Source: Betaproteobacteria bacterium (GTDB taxonomy: Bacteria; Pseudomonadota; Gammaproteobacteria; Burkholderiales; Rhodocyclaceae). From it: DNA of 64,000 nucleotides. Every line of letters begins with the position of its first letter. Position 1 is the stretch's first letter. Of this stretch, positions 62,859 through 64,000 are shown in pieces. Below the pieces are notes generated by a model. The model searched no databases. It saw only the letters and a program-made list of their open reading frames with translations, and was not told the DNA's origin. A program made the translations under genes and the position numbers. The stretch spans positions 13,478-77,477 of the forward strand of contig WREP01000005.1 in the NCBI GenBank assembly GCA_009779265.1. Reading direction: 5' to 3'.

Positions 62859-63305
62859 ATGAGCGATCCCAAAAGTCTTCAGAACATGGGCCTGAAAGCC
62901 ACCTACCCGCGCCTGAAAATTCTTGAACTGTTTGAAAAAAGCGACCGCCGCCACCTCTCGGCGGAAGACGTCTACCGCGTGCTCGTCGCCGAAAACATGG
63001 ATATTGGACTGGCCACTGTCTACCGCGTGCTGACGCAATTCGAGCAGGCCGGGCTGCTCGAACGCCACTTTTTCGAATCCGGCAAGGCCGTGTTCGAGAT
63101 TAATCGCGGCAAGCATCACGACCATCTGGTGTGCGTCGACTGCGGCCGCGTCGAGGAATTCTACGATGCCGAAATCGAGCGCCGGCAACACGCCATCGCC
63201 AAGGAACGCGGCTTCGCCATCCAGGACCACGCCCTCTACCTCTACGCCCAGTGCACCAAGGAAACCTGCCCGCACCGCGCCGCAGCGGATGACAAAACCG
63301 CCTGA
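62859..63305 (+). CDS. fur: Ferric uptake regulator
   Basis: [22 protein letters not shown] and HHDHLVC motifs. Confidence 0.96.
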   Translation: MSDPKSLQNMGLKATYPRLKILELFEKSDRRHLSAEDVYRVLVAENMDIGLATVYRVLTQFEQAGLLERHFFESGKAVFEINRGKHHDHLVCVDCGRVEEFYDAEIERRQHAIAKERGFAIQDHALYLYAQCTKETCPHRAAADDKTA

Positions 63306-63311
63306 CGCGCC

Positions 63312-63902
63312 ATGAGCGAAACCGCCGCTGCCGGCGCCTGGCTCTCGTCGGCCGGCGCCACTTTTCTGCTCATCGCCCTGGCCGAATTCGGCGACAAGAG
63401 CCAACTCGTCTGCATGACCCTGGCCGCCCGTCATCGCGGCCTGCCGGTGGCGCTCGGCGCTGTCGCCGCCTTCGCCCTGCTCAACTTGCTCGCCGTCCTG
63501 TTCGGCGCCGCCGTTGCCGCCTGGCTGCCGCAATGGGTCGTCATCGCCGCCGTCGCCGTACTGTTCGCAGTTTTCGGCATCAACGCCCTGCGCTACCGCG
63601 AAGAAAGCGAGGACGATGAAGTCGAGGAAAAATCCGGCCACGGCGTTTTCGCCACCACCTTTCTGCTCATTTTTCTCGCTGAATTCGGCGACAAGACGCA
63701 AATCGCCGTTGCCGGTCTCGGCAGCGCCGCCGACGCCGCCGCCGTCTGGTCCGGCGCCACCCTGGCCCTGACCGCCACTTCGCTACTCGGCGTCTACGCC
63801 GGCCGCCGCCTTCTCAAGCGCCTGCCGCTGCTCTGGATCCACCGCGTCAGCGGCATTCTCTTCCTGCTTCTCGCCGCCTACGCGGTGATGCAGTTGTTTT
63901 AG
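63312..63902 (+). CDS. TMEM165/GDT1 (UPF0016) putative Mn/Ca transporter
   Basis: Two family signature motifs, EFGDKSQ and EFGDKTQ; about six TM segments. Confidence 0.92.
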   Translation: MSETAAAGAWLSSAGATFLLIALAEFGDKSQLVCMTLAARHRGLPVALGAVAAFALLNLLAVLFGAAVAAWLPQWVVIAAVAVLFAVFGINALRYREESEDDEVEEKSGHGVFATTFLLIFLAEFGDKTQIAVAGLGSAADAAAVWSGATLALTATSLLGVYAGRRLLKRLPLLWIHRVSGILFLLLAAYAVMQLF

Positions 63903-63918
63903 GGCGGATTTACTTCAC

Positions 63919-63942
63919 GGCTGTACGAAAGGCTGTACGAAA
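63919..63942 (+). repeat. Perfect 12-bp tandem duplication
   Basis: GGCTGTACGAAA occurs twice, head to tail. Confidence 0.9.
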
Positions 63943-63944
63943 CT

Positions 63945-64000
63945 GGATTGCTGCGCTCGCAGTGACATCAACTTCAGCGCCGTCATTGCGAGGAGCGAAG
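63945..64000. repeat. CGTC-type REP-like palindromic dimer (cut by the window end)
   Basis: GGATTGCTGCGCTCGCAGTGAC then CGTCATTGCGAGGAGCGAAG; same layout as 50661-50730. Confidence 0.7.

Noticed and set aside
63919-64000. Possible CRISPR array at the window end
   Set aside because: Only two adjacent 12-mers with no spacers, followed by REP-like palindromes; no cas genes in the window.

Overview
GC-rich betaproteobacterial chromosome segment; gene order and protein sequences suggest Rhodocyclales (Azonexus/Dechloromonas-like), which is inference. Left to right: an LPS core/lipid A locus of Pseudomonas type (waaG, waaP, tandem kinase, O-antigen ligase, five further glycosyltransferases, a NodU/CmcH carbamoyltransferase, an LpxL-like acyltransferase); ahpCF with an OxyR-like box back-to-back with an FNR-box napDABC operon; HU, DsbC and a diguanylate cyclase; the complete dcw cluster (mraZ to ftsZ, lpxC); dciA-like, M23 peptidase, secA, argJ; glmM, folP, ftsH, rlmE, yhbY, greA, carAB; a soluble hybrid histidine kinase coupled to dapB; bamE, fur and a GDT1-family transporter. 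I found no tRNA, rRNA, CRISPR array, transposase or prophage gene. Most of the window is housekeeping. The most unusual signals are: (1) a 36-codon ORF after ftsW that re-encodes the FtsW C-terminal decapeptide with 8 synonymous changes, starting a chain of overlapping mini-ORFs in the dcw operon; (2) an AhpF whose pyridine-nucleotide site has thioredoxin-reductase NADPH-type motifs (GGGNSS, HRRDTLR); (3) two AT-richer orphan membrane-protein genes inserted into conserved operons; (4) GTAG- and CGTC-type REP-like palindromes. Start codons were reassigned by eye from overlaps, ribosome-binding sites and family knowledge. No database searches were run.
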